A DNA stretch of 64,000 nt from Octopus sinensis. Its lineage: Eukaryota. Positions 25,616-39,967 of this stretch are shown here, piece after piece. Location of the stretch: NCBI RefSeq assembly GCF_006345805.1, contig NC_042998.1:172050001-172114000 (forward strand), in the 5' to 3' direction. Within the stretch, counting starts at the first letter, position 1. Every line of letters begins with the position of its first letter. A program made the position numbers and the translations under genes. Below the pieces are notes generated by a model that saw only the letters and a program-made list of their open reading frames with translations, searched no databases and was not told where the DNA came from.

Positions 25616-28600
25616 AGAAGAAGAAAAAGAAGAAGAAACAACGAAGAGGAGCCTAATGATTATGATAATATAAAAAGTAAAATAATCAAAGAACTGAAAA
25701 CCACAGAGCTCAAAATGGACCACCGACCATACCTCCCAAAAATCAAAATAGACGAAACAACAACACCAATTATAAACAGCATAAACCTAGCCGTCACTGA
25801 ACTAATAGCCACTAAAACAAAAAGCGATATCACTGAGCTAAATGACTTAGTATACGCAGCAGCCACTGCAGCCACAAAAGAAGCTGGATACTCACTCAAA
25901 CCCATCCAAACAGGAGTACCACCACCCAAACAAACCCTGTGGATAAATAACATCCAAAACAAAATACAAAAAATGAGAAAAGCTCTGTCGATTCTTAATG
26001 AAATCAGTAGACAATACAGGCTACTGAGCAACAAAAAGAAAACAAAAATACTCCGCAAATATAACATCACAGAAAAAGACTTACCTAAGATAAAAGAAAA
26101 GCTGAAGCAAGATATCCTTGCCAAAGCACAAAGGATCCGCCGGTACGAGAAACGCCAGCGCTTCTTTGAACAAAACAAAAAGTTCTACCAAGAACTTGGC
26201 AAAAATAAAATAGAAATCACTGTAGCACCAACGGCAGAAGAAGTGGAAGAATTCTGGAGAGAAATATGGTCGGCGAACGAACAACCAAAACAAAGGAGTG
26301 TTAAAACAACAAACTCAGCATCTGAGCAACTTTGGACCCCCATAACAACTGAAGAGGTCACCCAGGCACTGCAAAGACAAAGCAACTGGAAGGCACCTGG
26401 GCTTGACAAGATTCCCAACTTCTGGTTGAAATATCTAACAGGAATGCACAAAAAGCTGGCTGAAAACTTTAACAACATACTAGCAGAGCAAGAGACAATG
26501 CTTGAATGGCTCACGAAGGAGAAAACCATCTTAATTCCCAAATCAAATGAGACAGCAAAACCAGAAAACTACAGACCAATAACCTGTCTCCCTACAATGT
26601 ACAAGGCATTTACTGCAGTGATATCGCAAAGGTTGAACAAGCACCTGGACGAAAACAACCTGTTTCCAGAAGAGCAGAAAGGATGCCGCAAAGGCTCATA
26701 TGGCTGTAAAGATCAACTAATGATTAATAAAGCCATAACTGAAGACAGCCACAGAAAGAAGAAAGGCCTCAGTATGGCCTGGATTGACTACAAAAAGGCG
26801 TTTGATAGCATCCCCCACACATGGATCCTCGAAACACTAGCCATTAACAAAGTAGCACCAACAATTATAAAATTCATAGGGCACTCTATGAATAAATGGC
26901 AAACAGTGCTACACCTCCAAACAAAAGAGGGACTCATGAAAACCAAAGACATCCCCATTAGAAGAGGAATATTCCAGGGAGACACGCTCTCTCCACTCCT
27001 TTTCTGATTGGCACTGTCACCTCTATCTGATATGCTAAATAGAACTGGATGCGGATATAAATGCTACGGCAAAACGATCAGCCACTTTTTATATATGGAT
27101 GACCTAAAACTATACGCTACAATTAACAAACAGCTGGAAACACTATTAAAGACAGTTCATGGATTTATCAAAGAAATAGATATGAAATTTGGATTGAAAA
27201 ATGCGCCAAAGTAACCATGAAAAGAGAAAAACTAGTTAAGAGTAGCAACATCACACTAGATAAAACCAATGAAATAAAAGAATTAGACCAAAGCCAAACT
27301 TACAAATACTTAGGAATCCGTGAACTAGATAAGACACAACACACACAAATGAAAGAGAAAATAAAAAAAGAATATCATAGACGAGTTAGATCAATACTAA
27401 AAACAGAGCTCAATGCTAAAAACAAGATAATAGGTATCAACACTTTAGCTGTCCCAGTTATAAGTCACAGCTACAATATCCTTAACTGAACACTAAATGA
27501 ACTGACCAAAATAGATAGGAAAACAAGAAAAATAATGACAGGATCTAGGATGCATCACCCAAAATCTGACATAGAAAGACTATATATACAACGTATAGAA
27601 GGTGGTAGAGGCCTTATACAGCTGGAAAACTACTATAAAATAACTACCATAGGACTGCAAAAATATCTACTTTAGAAGGAAGGAAAACTCATACAAATAG
27701 CGGCAAAACACGAGCAAAACGAAAAAATGTTCTCAGTATTTAAGGAAGCTGACAAATACAAACAAGAAATCATACCACCTAATAAATATGAAGAAGAAGA
27801 AGAAGAAGAAGAAGAAGAAGAAGAAGAAGAAGAAGAAGAAGAAGAAGAAACAACAAAAGCTATAAAACAAATGAAATCCAAACTAAAAATAGAACAGCAA
27901 CGAACCATGATAAAACGATGGCAAGAAAAGCCCCTTCATGGTAAATACTGCACTAAACTAAACGCAAAAGAAATAGACAAAGAAAAATCCCAGCAATGGT
28001 TGAGAAGCTCAGGACTCAAAGCAGAGACAGAGGGATTTTTAATTGCAGCACAAGACCAAAGCCTCCCCACCAGAAATTACCAAAAACATGTAATGAAAAG
28101 AAATATAACAAGTAACTGCAGAATATGTGGAGATGGACAAGAAACAATAAATCATATTATCTCTAGCTGCCCAGTCCTGGCTAAGAAGGAATATATTCAC
28201 AGACATGACAGAGTTGGAACCTACATACACTGGAAGCTATGCCAACATTATGGAATAACAACAGAAAAAAGATGGTATAGGCACACACCAGAAAAGGTCA
28301 CAGAAAACGAGAAAGTAACCATACTCTGGGATATGCCGATACACACAGATAGAGAAATTAAGGCCAACAGACCAGATATAGTTGTCAGAGATCATGAAGA
28401 AAAAAAATGCTTTCTAATTGATGTATCAATACCGACAGATGACAACGTGACTCTAAAAGAAATGGAGAAACTTTCAAAATACAAAGACCTGGAAATAGAG
28501 GTAACCAGAATGTGGAATCTGAAAACAGAAACAATTCCTATCATAGTAGGTGCATTAGGCATGATAAAAAAAATATTCAGACAAATACATAACAAAAACA

Positions 28601-28784
28601 CCAGGACTTACCAACACATATAACATACAGAAAATTGCACTACTAGGAACTGCACACATCCTACGCAGAACACTTTCCATACAATAACCATCAGAGCATC
28701 ACAACAAATCACAGCACATACCTAAGGCATACAGAGCTGCGCTCGGTAGTGAAGTGAAAGCACCCTATAAAAATAAAACTACTG
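25616..28784 (+). mobile_element. R4/Dong-like non-LTR retrotransposon, family A copy 2
   Basis: ORFs 25565-27007, 27008-27214, 27217-27489 and 27727-28623 form one RT-CCHC-RLE frame broken by stops and frameshifts; it ends at (AAT)n. Confidence 0.92.
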
Positions 28785-28809
28785 AATAATAATAATAATA
28801 ATAATGATG

Positions 28810-28873
<64 letters not shown>

Positions 28874-28889
28874 TGATGATGATGATAAT

Positions 28890-30152
28890 GGCAAAAATAT
28901 CCAACGTTAATCTTGACCAGCAGAATGTCATAAAGGAGTTAGAACCAGCGAAGAGCTACAAATACGTACGGGTATTTGAAGGTGATGGAATCAAACATTC
29001 AATGATGAGGGAAAGGATCAGAAGAGAATGTTATCTCAGGGTAAAGGCAATACTCAAGACAGAGCTAAATGCAAGAAACAAGATCGAGGACTGGATGTTA
29101 AAACTTGTCTTAAAGCATGAAAAGCAAAAGCATCATGCTCAGTAACAAAACGCAAAAGAATATCTAAGTGAATTCCAAATACAACAAATCCCAGAACTAG
29201 ACGTACTGGGAACCAGCGCAGAAAAAGCTAAGCGTATGGAAACCCTTAATAAAACTGCTGCCTTAGATATCCTTACTGATAAATGGCAAGGAAAACCTCT
29301 CAATGGCAAATACCCAAAGAGAACCAATAGTGCCAATGTTGACAAAGCCCTTATCCATAAATGGTTAGTGTCTTCTAGTTTTAAATCAGAAACTGAAGAA
29401 TTTATCATAGCAGCTCAAGATCAATACCTACCTACAAGGAGACACCAAGCCAACATATTGCAGAACGGCAGTAGCCCAACATGTAAACAGTAAAATGAAA
29501 GCATTGATCATGTTGTCTCCATGTGCAGTCTTCTTGTGCCTACAAAGTTTCTCAACAGGAATGATAGAGCAGCACAATATATTCACTGGGTAATTTGTAA
29601 AAACCTGGACCTGCCCCATGATAAAAACTGGTGGGAACACAAACTACCTCTAGTGCTTGAAAATGATCACATCTCACTCCTCTAGAATTTCACCGTTGAA
29701 ACTGACAGAAAGATAAATGCGAATAATCCAGACATTATATTGAATGATTTCACACAAAAATCATGCCGCCTCATTGATATGACTGTTCCAATCGACATAA
29801 ATGTATGTCAAGATCTACCAAAAACTGAGCAAGTATAAAGATCTTGAAATAGAAATTGGAAAAATGTGGAACCTGAAGACTAAAACAATACCTGTTGTCA
29901 TAGGTGCCTTAGGAATGATAGCAAAAAGGGGCTGATTGCTACCTAGCTCGAATACCAGGAAACCCCAAAATGGCAGAAATTCAAGAGATAGTGCTGATGG
30001 GAGCTGCTCATATTCTACGTAAAATACTATCTATGTAATCTCAAATTTTAAAACAAAATCTCATAATTTTCTTATGTTTTCTTAAACATCCTCTAGAACA
30101 ATACTATGTGCAAAACCAAATATATGACACCCTAGGCATAACATCAACTTGA
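28890..30152 (+). mobile_element. R4/Dong-like LINE, family D, internally deleted
   Basis: SYKYV, RVKAILKTELNARNKI, WQGKPLNGKY, ETEEFIIAAQDQ and an RLE region; preceded by (AAT)n. Confidence 0.8.
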
Positions 30153-30285
30153 ACTCGGCAGAATTTGAAATCAGAATGTAAGGACCGACGAAATACCGCT
30201 AAGCATTTTGTCCAGCATGCTAACGACTCTGTTACCTCACCACTTTATGATGATGATAATAATGATGATGATAATAATGATGATG

Positions 30286-30345
<60 letters not shown>

Positions 30346-30516
30346 TAATAATAATAATAATAAATAAAGGAATAAATAGAAGAGTGCTACATCATGTGAA
30401 ATTGTTTGAACGATATTTCGGCATCTAGCGAAATAATAATAATGATGATGATGATGATGATGATAATGATAATAATTATAATAATAATAATAACAACATT
30501 GATAATAATAATAATA

Positions 30517-30597
<81 letters not shown>

Positions 30598-30611
30598 TGA
30601 TGATGATGATG

Positions 30612-30673
<62 letters not shown>

Positions 30674-30837
30674 GAATAAATAAATAAATAAAGGAATAAA
30701 TAGAAGAGTGCTACATCATGTGAAATTGTTTGAACGATATTTCGGCATCTAGCGAAATAATAATAATGATGATGATGATGATGATAATGATAATAATTAT
30801 AATAATAATAATAACAACATTGATAATAATAATAATA

Positions 30838-30880
<43 letters not shown>

Positions 30881-30892
30881 TGATGATGATGA

Positions 30893-30940
<48 letters not shown>

Positions 30941-30961
30941 AATAATAATAACAACATTATT

Positions 30962-30996
<35 letters not shown>

Positions 30997-31000
30997 CATT

Positions 31001-31095
<95 letters not shown>

Positions 31096-31104
31096 TAATA
31101 ATAA

Positions 31105-32050
31105 TGAAGCCCCAAGTCAGTTCCCTCGTTGATACGATGTATACCTTCAGTGCTGATATCAGAATGGAGTTCAGACTGGGAAAATGTGAAGAGAGGCAAA
31201 ATCAAATGTATGGACGGGCTAACGATTATGCAACAAGTATGGACTTGACAGAGAAAAAAAATGGTACGTCCACAAACCTGAAGGCATCGTCGAAAATAGC
31301 TCTTTCTTATCTTTCTGCGCAGACTAAGACTGATCCTTAAGTCGAAATTAAACGGACGGAATAAGATTGAAGCTATTAACACCTGAAACAATAGACCATC
31401 TCGTCTCGGGATGTCCTGTACAGACACCAAACGATTACAAAATTCATCACGATAGCGTAGGACAGTATTTAGATTGGAAAATATGTAAACACTACAAAAT
31501 CAGCGCCCCTGAACATCCCCCTGAGCCAGTCGTTGAACGTAAAACTGTCTCTATCCTCTGAGATTTTCCAGTCAACACCGATAGAAAAATCCAGGCTAAT
31601 CGACCAGACGTAGTCATTAAAGACAGGGAAGAAAATACTACTGATAGAAATATATCTGTAAAGGAATTTGACAAATTAAGCAAATATAAGGACCTGGAAA
31701 TTGAAATTCAAAAAAGATGTGGCATCTTGAAGCAAGAACTGTTCCTGCTATTATGGGTACCCTAGGTATGATAAGAAAGAGCTATCAGAAACATTTAGAT
31801 GATATCCCAGGAGAACCATGTCTCAGAGAAATCCAAAAGATAGTGTTGACAAGTACTGCCCGCATCCTTGGAAAATCCCTATCAGTTTAAATGTCTGTAT
31901 TGCATTACATGAAGACATTCCGCTACTGCCCCTGTCACTTCCCTTCCCCCAAGCTCTCAGTCATACTGTAACCTCTCTTATCTTTCACTCGCCCTAGGAC
32001 GCTGGGTGTGTCTGGGCAAGTGATTATACCAAACATGCAGATTAAAAGTA
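31105..32050 (+). mobile_element. R4/Dong-like LINE, family E, deleted copy 1
   Basis: FSADIRMEFRLGKC, ETIDHLVSGCP, ANRPDVVI; (AAT)n flanks. Confidence 0.8.
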
Positions 32051-32082
<32 letters not shown>

Positions 32083-32119
32083 CATTATTAATAATAATAA
32101 TAATAATAATATAATAACA

Positions 32120-32177
<58 letters not shown>

Positions 32178-32186
32178 TAATAATAA

Positions 32187-33130
32187 TGAAGCCCCAAGTC
32201 AGTTCCCTCGTTGATACGATGTATACCTTCAGTGCTGATATCAGAATGGAGTTCAGACTGGGAAAATGTGAAGAGAGGCAAAATCAAATGTATGGACGGG
32301 CTAACGATTATGCAACAAGTATGGACTTGACAGAGAAAAAAAATGGTACGTCCACAAACCTGAAGGCATCGTCGAAAATAGCTCTTTCTTATCTTTCTGC
32401 GCAGACTAAGACTGATCCTTAAGTCGAAATTAAACGGACGGAATAAGATTGAAGCTATTAACACCTGAAACAATAGACCATCTCGTCTCGGGATGTCCTG
32501 TACAGACACCAAACGATTACAAAATTCATCACGATAGCGTAGGACAGTATTTAGATTGGAAAATATGTAAACACTACAAAATCAGCGCCCCTGAACATCC
32601 CCCTGAGCCAGTCGTTGAACGTAAAACTGTCTCTATCCTCTGAGATTTTCCAGTCAACACCGATAGAAAAATCCAGGCTAATCGACCAGACGTAGTCATT
32701 AAAGACAGGGAAGAAAATACTACTGATAGAAATATATCTGTAAAGGAATTTGACAAATTAAGCAAATATAAGGACCTGGAAATTGAAATTCAAAAAAGAT
32801 GTGGCATCTTGAAGCAAGAACTGTTCCTGCTATTATGGGTACCCTAGGTATGATAAGAAAGAGCTATCAGAAACATTTAGATGATATCCCAGGAGAACCA
32901 TGTCTCAGAGAAATCCAAAAGATAGTGTTGACAAGTACTGCCCGCATCCTTGGAAAATCCCTATCAGTTTAAATGTCTGTATTGCATTACATGAAGACAT
33001 TCCGCTACTGCCCCTGTCACTTCCCTTCCCCCAAGCTTCAGTCATACTGTAACCTCTCTTATCTTTCACTCGCCCTAGGACGCTGGGTGTGTCTGGGCAA
33101 GTGATTATACCAAACATGCAGATTAAAAGT
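32187..33130 (+). mobile_element. R4/Dong-like LINE, family E, tandem copy 2
   Basis: Near-identical to 31105-32050. Confidence 0.8.
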
Positions 33131-33239
33131 AAATAATAATAATAATAATAATAAATCACTCCCGTCGATTTCAATGTATGAGTGTTTGCAGAAAAAGAAT
33201 TTAAAAAAAAAGGATTAAATATGAAAGAAGCTGCATCTA

Positions 33240-33850
33240 TTTGCGATGGAAGCGTGAATGTATTTTGAATCCAAGTATGAATTTTGCAGTGAAGTCACAA
33301 TGGGGGTAATGATAATTTTGATTTTGCCTGGATTGGACAAATGTGTCTGTTGATCGCAGAATATAATTCTTTTATTGTTCTGTTTCTTCAACTCAAATTG
33401 TTTAGATGCATCAAAACACATTTTACGCCGCTCATAGACAATACTTTCCCAAGATGTTACATTACGCTGCAGGGATTTTAGTAATTGTTTCAACTTATCC
33501 TAATATCTTATTCCTTAGTTATAAGGAATCCCTTTACTTGATGGCCATAAAAAATAATGTTCAGAATGCGATCATCTTGATTCGAACAAAATGCAATGAA
33601 TTCTCAACAGCATTCTTTCGATACAAGAGATATCACCTTTTTTTTAAAAAAAAAATTGATATTTGATATCTTATCTTGCCATTTTACGTCGCAGGGCTTC
33701 CGCAGACAGCACGTGTGAAAAGTTTCAAGTTTATTTATATATGTAGTACGGAAGCTTTGCCCATTGAGATTTCGTAAACCTCTGAGAGAAACTATGGAAG
33801 ATTTACTAATAGCGAAATGCGAACCATAAGCCAACCTACAGATAAGTCAT
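33240..33850 (-). mobile_element. Degenerate RTE LINE fragment
   Basis: KLETFHTCCLRK...KWQDKISN motif in ORF 33604-33834. Confidence 0.65.
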
Positions 33851-34209
33851 TGTATGATTTTTAAATCCTGCGCTGATGATTATATCGGTTATAACGGCAG
33901 TCACATGTTCCCTTTCGATCTACTGCAAAGTGTACGAACAACATATGGATTGTTATTGCTGTCATTGTATTATTTTGATAATGATGGAAAAAGTCTTACA
34001 ATGTCAAGTAATGAATATAAGAACACTATTTTTCAAAACTAAACTTAGTGGTCTAATGCGACGAAAAAGTCTTTATAAAAAAGAATTAAACTCGTACGTT
34101 CAGAAGCTGTTCCCTATTCATGTGTGTGTGTGCGTGCGCATGTGCGTGTGTACGTGCGCATAAGCGCGTGTGTGCTGATTATTGGGTTATGAACGACAAA
34201 TTCAGTGTC

Positions 34210-34252
34210 TGTAGCTGATGAAGCGTAACGACACGGAAACACGTGTCCTACA
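34210..34252 (+). ncRNA. Minimal type I hammerhead ribozyme
   Basis: tgtag-CTGATGA-ag-cgt-aacgac-acg-GAAA-cacgt-GTC-ctaca. Perfect stem I tgtag/ctaca, palindromic ACACGTGT stem III, GUC triplet. Confidence 0.8.
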
Positions 34253-35778
34253 AGCTGTCCAAAACATCATGTCTTTTAAAGAAATAATTCAAATAGAGCA
34301 ATTTTAATACCAGCAACAGGAGTACCTACAACTGCTACAGCCATGCGTTTTACTATTTCTCTACCAGACCTATTTGAGTAATCAAAATAGGGTTGGTGTG
34401 TGTAAATAGAATTATAGGGCGTAGGGTAATATTGAAAATTGAGATGTTTTTCTAACCATATTGTATCCATCTCCTCCCTTGGGATGTTGCTAATCTCAAG
34501 CAGCTAAGCGATAGCAAAGTAAGCATTGAAGCGTAATATGGTCATAGGTTTTCAAGAATAAAATAAAATCGGAAGAAAAAAGTAAAGAAAAACAACTTGA
34601 TTTTAACACTTCTATTCCCCATTTGCACTTATCTATTTCTTCTTTTGGTTATCGATAACTTCTTGTCTAGACATAGCATCGCTTCTAGTTTTGTGAATAC
34701 TTTTTTTCTAGAGAGAAATGGCTGTGAATGTAACGTTTGGAAGATATAGTCCTACGGAAGACAGAGTCAGTTGTGGCACTTTACTTCGTTCTCAGTATTT
34801 TTCTCAATGTTAATTCATAGGTTTTTGCGATACACTGTACAAAGCCCCTGACGCTTCTGAGAGAAAATACTAAATGCCACCTACCCTAAAACATGTAAGA
34901 AATTACGAAACATCAACACGACTTTAGTTTGAGGTTTCTAAACTATTTTACTTCTTTTCTCGTTCTCGCGATATATGTCTTCGGATGTCTTATACCAGGG
35001 CTTTTCACTTTAAGTGCCGAATCCAGTTTTGATTCTAACACAGTTTTTCACAAACCAACGGTCGCTACGTGGTCGCGCAACCGGCCATTGATAGCTGCCG
35101 AATCTCCTCCAAATCACTGCCTACAGTACTAAAAGTATGACTCGCTAGATCATTTCGTTCTAAGCATTCTTGGGAACGCCTTTAATCATATGCCTGCTTT
35201 GCCAGCGTTGGCCGAGACCTAAGCAACACAACATTTTACCATTTTGTGATAGGCAATTTGGAAAATGCTGATACTGAAAATTATTTTGAACTATGATGCC
35301 TATATATTATAATGGAATCTGTGATGGGTCACTCAGGTTCTCTGTTAATATTCCTTGATTTTCCTCAGTTTCCAAAGCGTTACAGCATTCAAGAAATTCA
35401 TAACATTATAACAGGAATAGGCAAACTTTTTCGAGAAGCATGCTGCACGTGATATGTTTCATCATCAGGAGGCTCGCACGAGACATGGCTCATCATCAGG
35501 CCAGCCATACTACTAAATAAGGAATTAATGGTAATTTTTCGCCAGGAAGGACCCATGGATCGAAGGCTACCTATTGCTGCATTATAATACAGGATTATGT
35601 AGACTTCATGTGGAATTGTGATATGTGCGGCAAATAGGTCATTAAAAGCTCTAGCCGAAAGAAAAGTTAAGAATATGTAAACGGGAAATAAATACGTCAA
35701 ATGAAAGGAATAGAAGAACATCTAGCTTTTGGGGTCATAACCTTATGAAAGAAAGACACTCAAAATTCCCCTGCCTGG

Positions 35779-36690
35779 GATTTAGCCATCACCAAATATA
35801 AAATGGTTGGAGACATGGTCAAAGGGATCTTAAGACTTGTCATTGGAAAATGTAAAACTTGTAAATCTGCCATCCAAATTTGCAAATTTAAAGATGAATT
35901 ATTGACTGAAGAATCATCTGAAGTATTCAAGGAAGATTTTTAAAAAATTAAAAAAAAGAAAAGGGTTTGGGATTTCCTACTTGTATATTCGACATCAACT
36001 GTGAGTGTCATTTCTCTCCCTTGGAAAGTGAACCTAGAATTTTATTAAAGGATGGTGTTAAAATCGACTTAATGCCCACATTGATGATTTCATTGCAGTG
36101 ATTGCACATACGTTGGTTATAGGATCTTCTGTTGAAAATAAAGTGAAGGGCTGAATAGTAAACGTTTGTCTTGCCACTCAGTTGGCCAGTGAAGCTGTTC
36201 TCCACCTTGTAAAATCTGGAAATAGTAATTATACTGTTACAGATGCGAACCAGAAAATAGATAAACCTTTCAAGTGTCAGCCCGTTGAATTGTTATTATC
36301 TTATCAGTTGAATAAGCATGTGATTGATGGTAAGTAGGCCATCATTTTGTACCCTACAGATGCCCAAAGGAAAGCTCACGAGAAATGTGAATTTGAAGTA
36401 CACGATGTGTATACCACTGATATTTTAGTCAGCACCGGTGAAGAAATAGGAAAAGAAATTGATACAAAGACAACAATCTACAAGAAAAAAAGATGCGATT
36501 TATAATCGAAAATGTGAGTCTCTCACAAAATTTTCAGTGAAGTTGATAAAAATATAGGCTATGGGATTACTGGCGTGTGTCAAGTATGAAATGATGCAGC
36601 CTTACAATATTCTGTATGAAAAAGGAGAGTACGTCGTCCTGTTTAAATTTTCTATAATATTAATGCCAAACGGACCATTGAAAAATCACC
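35779..36690 (+). pseudogene. PA2G4: Processed pseudogene of proliferation-associated protein 2G4 (EBP1)
   Basis: Manual translation across frameshifts gives [92 protein letters not shown] and FKFSIILMPNGP, colinear with PA2G4. No introns, several stops. Confidence 0.88.
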
Positions 36691-37484
36691 AACCCACCTT
36701 GTTTTCATCAGTGACAGTTTGAAACTCTAAGGTAGGTTAACACTCAAATAGACCAATGCTACGTTACACAGGAGAGAAATTTGTAGTTTAGCCTCACTTC
36801 AGATCTGATTGGGTAAACTGATTTTCAAAAGCACTTTATTACCAACTCACTTTATTCTTTTAATGTATTTTATCTAGGATTGCATTAGCCAATGTATCCT
36901 TCCCGTTGTAAGACGGTAATGTTAATATGAAAAACAATCAGTCAGTGTTTCTAGCAGACCGAATGACCACGTAGAAGCTCCTCTATTGGCTCATAGAGAA
37001 AAAATCTCACGTAGATCTAGCTCTACATGAACTACTTTGGTGCTCGCTAAAAATGGAAACAGATTCAATGTGGCGAAGGTGATTGATCACAAACGTTTCC
37101 GTTACCTTTCAGAAGTGCAGCCCTTCGGAATGCTTCCGTAGATTAAAGTAGGTCCCTACTGTAAAATAATGATTAATGAGTTTGGTTACATAGAAGGAAG
37201 TTCTGAAGTGCACTATTCAAGAATAATGGTAAAAAACACCATCAAGACTATCTACCACGTTAGTTTAGATTAATGATTAATAGAAAAAAATTCTATTCGG
37301 TCGTTTCCCAGGCGCCCCTGGAGAGAATGGAAGCCTTCTAATCGTTGATGTTATACTACTTCTGGTGGTTGTTGTAAGGGATGTTATTCATATGAACTGT
37401 TGCAACACAACACCGAGGGAATGAACTATTCGGAGATTTTGAAATCTGGGCTCAGTTGAAGGATAAGGCGAAACATACAAAATA

Positions 37485-37615
37485 ACATTATTTACAATAT
37501 TTACATTTGACGGATATTTGTCCTCATCTTTTTTGTTCTTAACACCACAAATATCCGTCAAATGTAAATAATGTAAATAATGTACCTAATTCCTCTTCTC
37601 TTAAATATGGAACTA
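37485..37615. mobile_element. Short copy of the hammerhead/tRNA fold-back family (3' end only)
   Basis: TTTACATTTGACGGATATTTG...CAAATATCCGTCAAATGTAAATAATG, the same termini as the 49.4 kb and 53 kb elements. Confidence 0.8.
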
Positions 37616-38479
37616 TACAAAATAACATTTTTACTTTTTTAGTCAGTAGTGCTCATGACTATTTACAGGGCCTCCAAGACCATCTGAAGACGAGGGGGAA
37701 GTATTCTCGTATCTGAGACGTTACCTAAATGCATGCAAAAAGGAAAACCCATTAAAGGCGCAAAAGTGTCAAGTGATGGTGAAAAACCGGGCGACGAATT
37801 TGGTCTACCATCCGAGTAAGGCATGGGGAGATTTTGAAATTAAGACGTTAAGAGCCAGAAAAAAATACTTCGTGGTTTCTGGGTCGACGTTCTTATATTT
37901 CGGCCAATTCACTACCTTTGATTGGTACTTTCTTTTTACCAACCTCCAAAAGGAGGAAAGGTAAAGTTGGTCTCAGCGAGATTTGATCTCAGAGCATGAA
38001 GAATCGGAACAGATATCGCAGAGCATTCTCTTCGACGCTCTAATGACTCTCCCGATACTCTGTAATACACCTGACTATTTTCGATGAGTGAAAATGAAGT
38101 ATGTTTGCTGCCAGGAGTAGTGAGTATAGAACTAGGAAAGCCCCGACCTGGTAACTGATCAGAGAACTAGCGGACAGTTTTGCAATGTTATATATATAAT
38201 AAATCTGGTATTTATGATACCTGTTTTTATTCTACATATCTCATGAAATATGATCAGAAACATTTTGGCGAAGATAGTACTTCCAATAGAAAGCCAGAAA
38301 TTTCGAATGTTTGATAACACTGTGTATTTTAACGTTAAGGTCAACATCCATGTAAAAATGTATACATACATAATTTAACAGTTGAATAAATCATGGGGAT
38401 GTTGTTAGATAAAACGCGTGTATTATTTAATTTAGAAGTAACACGAGAAATGTGGTTTATATAACATCAACAGTAACAC

Positions 38480-38521
<42 letters not shown>

Positions 38522-38524
38522 GAA

Positions 38525-38922
38525 GGCGGTGAGCTGGCAGAAACGTTACCATGCCGGGCGAAATGCTTACCGGTATTTCGTCTGCCGTTGCGTTCTGAGT
38601 TGAAATTCCGCCGAGGTCGACTTTGCCATTCATCTTTTCGGGGTCGATTAAATAAGTACCAGTCATGCACTGGGGTCGAGGTAATCGACTTAATCGCTTT
38701 GTCCTTGTTTGTCCCCTTGTGTTTAGCCCCTTGTGGGTAATAAAGAAATGGGTATTTCGTCTGTTTTCGTGTTCTGAGTTAAGTTCCGAGTTCAAATTCC
38801 GTCGGGGTCGACTTTGCCTTTTGTCCTTTCGAAGTCGATAAAATAAGTACCAGTTATGCACTGGGGTCAATGTTATCGACTTAAACCCCTCCCCCAAAAT
38901 TTCAGGCCTATAGTATAAAGGA
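38525..38922 (+). mobile_element. SINE family B, internally multimerised
   Basis: The B box-central domain unit occurs twice. Confidence 0.8.
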
Positions 38923-38949
38923 TTATTATTATTGTTATTATTATTATTA

Positions 38950-39292
38950 GCTCCACCTTCGCTAAGGCGGAGGTACTGTTTTTAGTCAAGTTCGTTTGTT
39001 TGTTTGTCTGTGGACAAGATATCTCAAAAACCGCTGGATGGTTTCGGATGAAACTTTCAGGAATGTTTGGCCTCATAACTGGCACGCACTGATTAGATTT
39101 GGGGATCGATCCGGTACCAGACAAGGATTCGGGATTATTTTCCGATTTTTTTTTACTTAATTTTTGAGAGTGGTCGGGTTCATTTTTAGTATTTTTGTTT
39201 ATGAGAGCAGTCGAGTTTATTTCCGATATTCTCATTTTAAAAATCCTCTCCGGTTAATAGTTGAGAGGGATGCTGGTGTTCCCTTAGCGACA
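38950..39292 (+). mobile_element. Helentron/DINE-like non-autonomous element
   Basis: 5' hairpin CTCCACCTTCGCTAAGGCGGAGG, (GTTT)n, ATATCTCAAAAACCGCTGGATGG...ATGAAACTTT, and a distal inverted CCTTAGCGA. Confidence 0.5.
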
Positions 39293-39449
39293 TTTCATCC
39301 ACCTTTATGTTCTGAGTTCAAATTCCGCCGAGGTCGACTTTCCTTTTCATCCTTTCGGAGTCGATAAATTAAGTACCAGCTAAGTACAGGGATCGATGTA
39401 ATCGACCACCCCCATCCCCTAAATTTCAGGCCTTGTGCCTGTAATAGGA

Positions 39450-39507
<58 letters not shown>

Positions 39508-39508
<1 letters not shown>

Positions 39509-39967
39509 GTGAGAGAGAGCGGTGCATGCCATTAAAGTGATGCTGGGGTAAAATATACGAAGTCCAGTATACCTATCATGACTACCCGTTTGATAAGTGT
39601 ACACCAGGCACATGCATCACAACTATATGTGCGTGACATGATCTCATATCAAGATAAACAGCACATGACCTAGCAGGTAGGGCCCAGTTAGAATTTTCTT
39701 CAGGTCGAGTAGCCCATCCCGCTCAACAGGGCTCTGAATAAGGGTTGTTTAAAGATGTTGAACGAAACACCTATGTTTCCAAAGATGAACTATCCAAACC
39801 CCAAATAATTCCTTTCAACATATGGCTATGATGCCCCCCCACCCACTACTTCTGCTCGTGATCAGAGATACAGCATATCGTCAGCCACTAAGGGACGTGC
39901 TCAACTGGTTATGGTCAAACAAATGACAAGCAAATCTGTGATATTGAGCAGAATATTTGCTGCAGCA
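39508..39967 (-). mobile_element. Diverged, truncated copy of the 555-bp TAA-associated element
   Basis: Aligns by eye to 21554-22008. Confidence 0.7.

Noticed and set aside
36051-36083. DGVKIDLMP read as a nucleotidyltransferase (OAS/cGAS-like) motif
   Set aside because: Flanking translation is colinear with PA2G4 (GDLVKIDLG).
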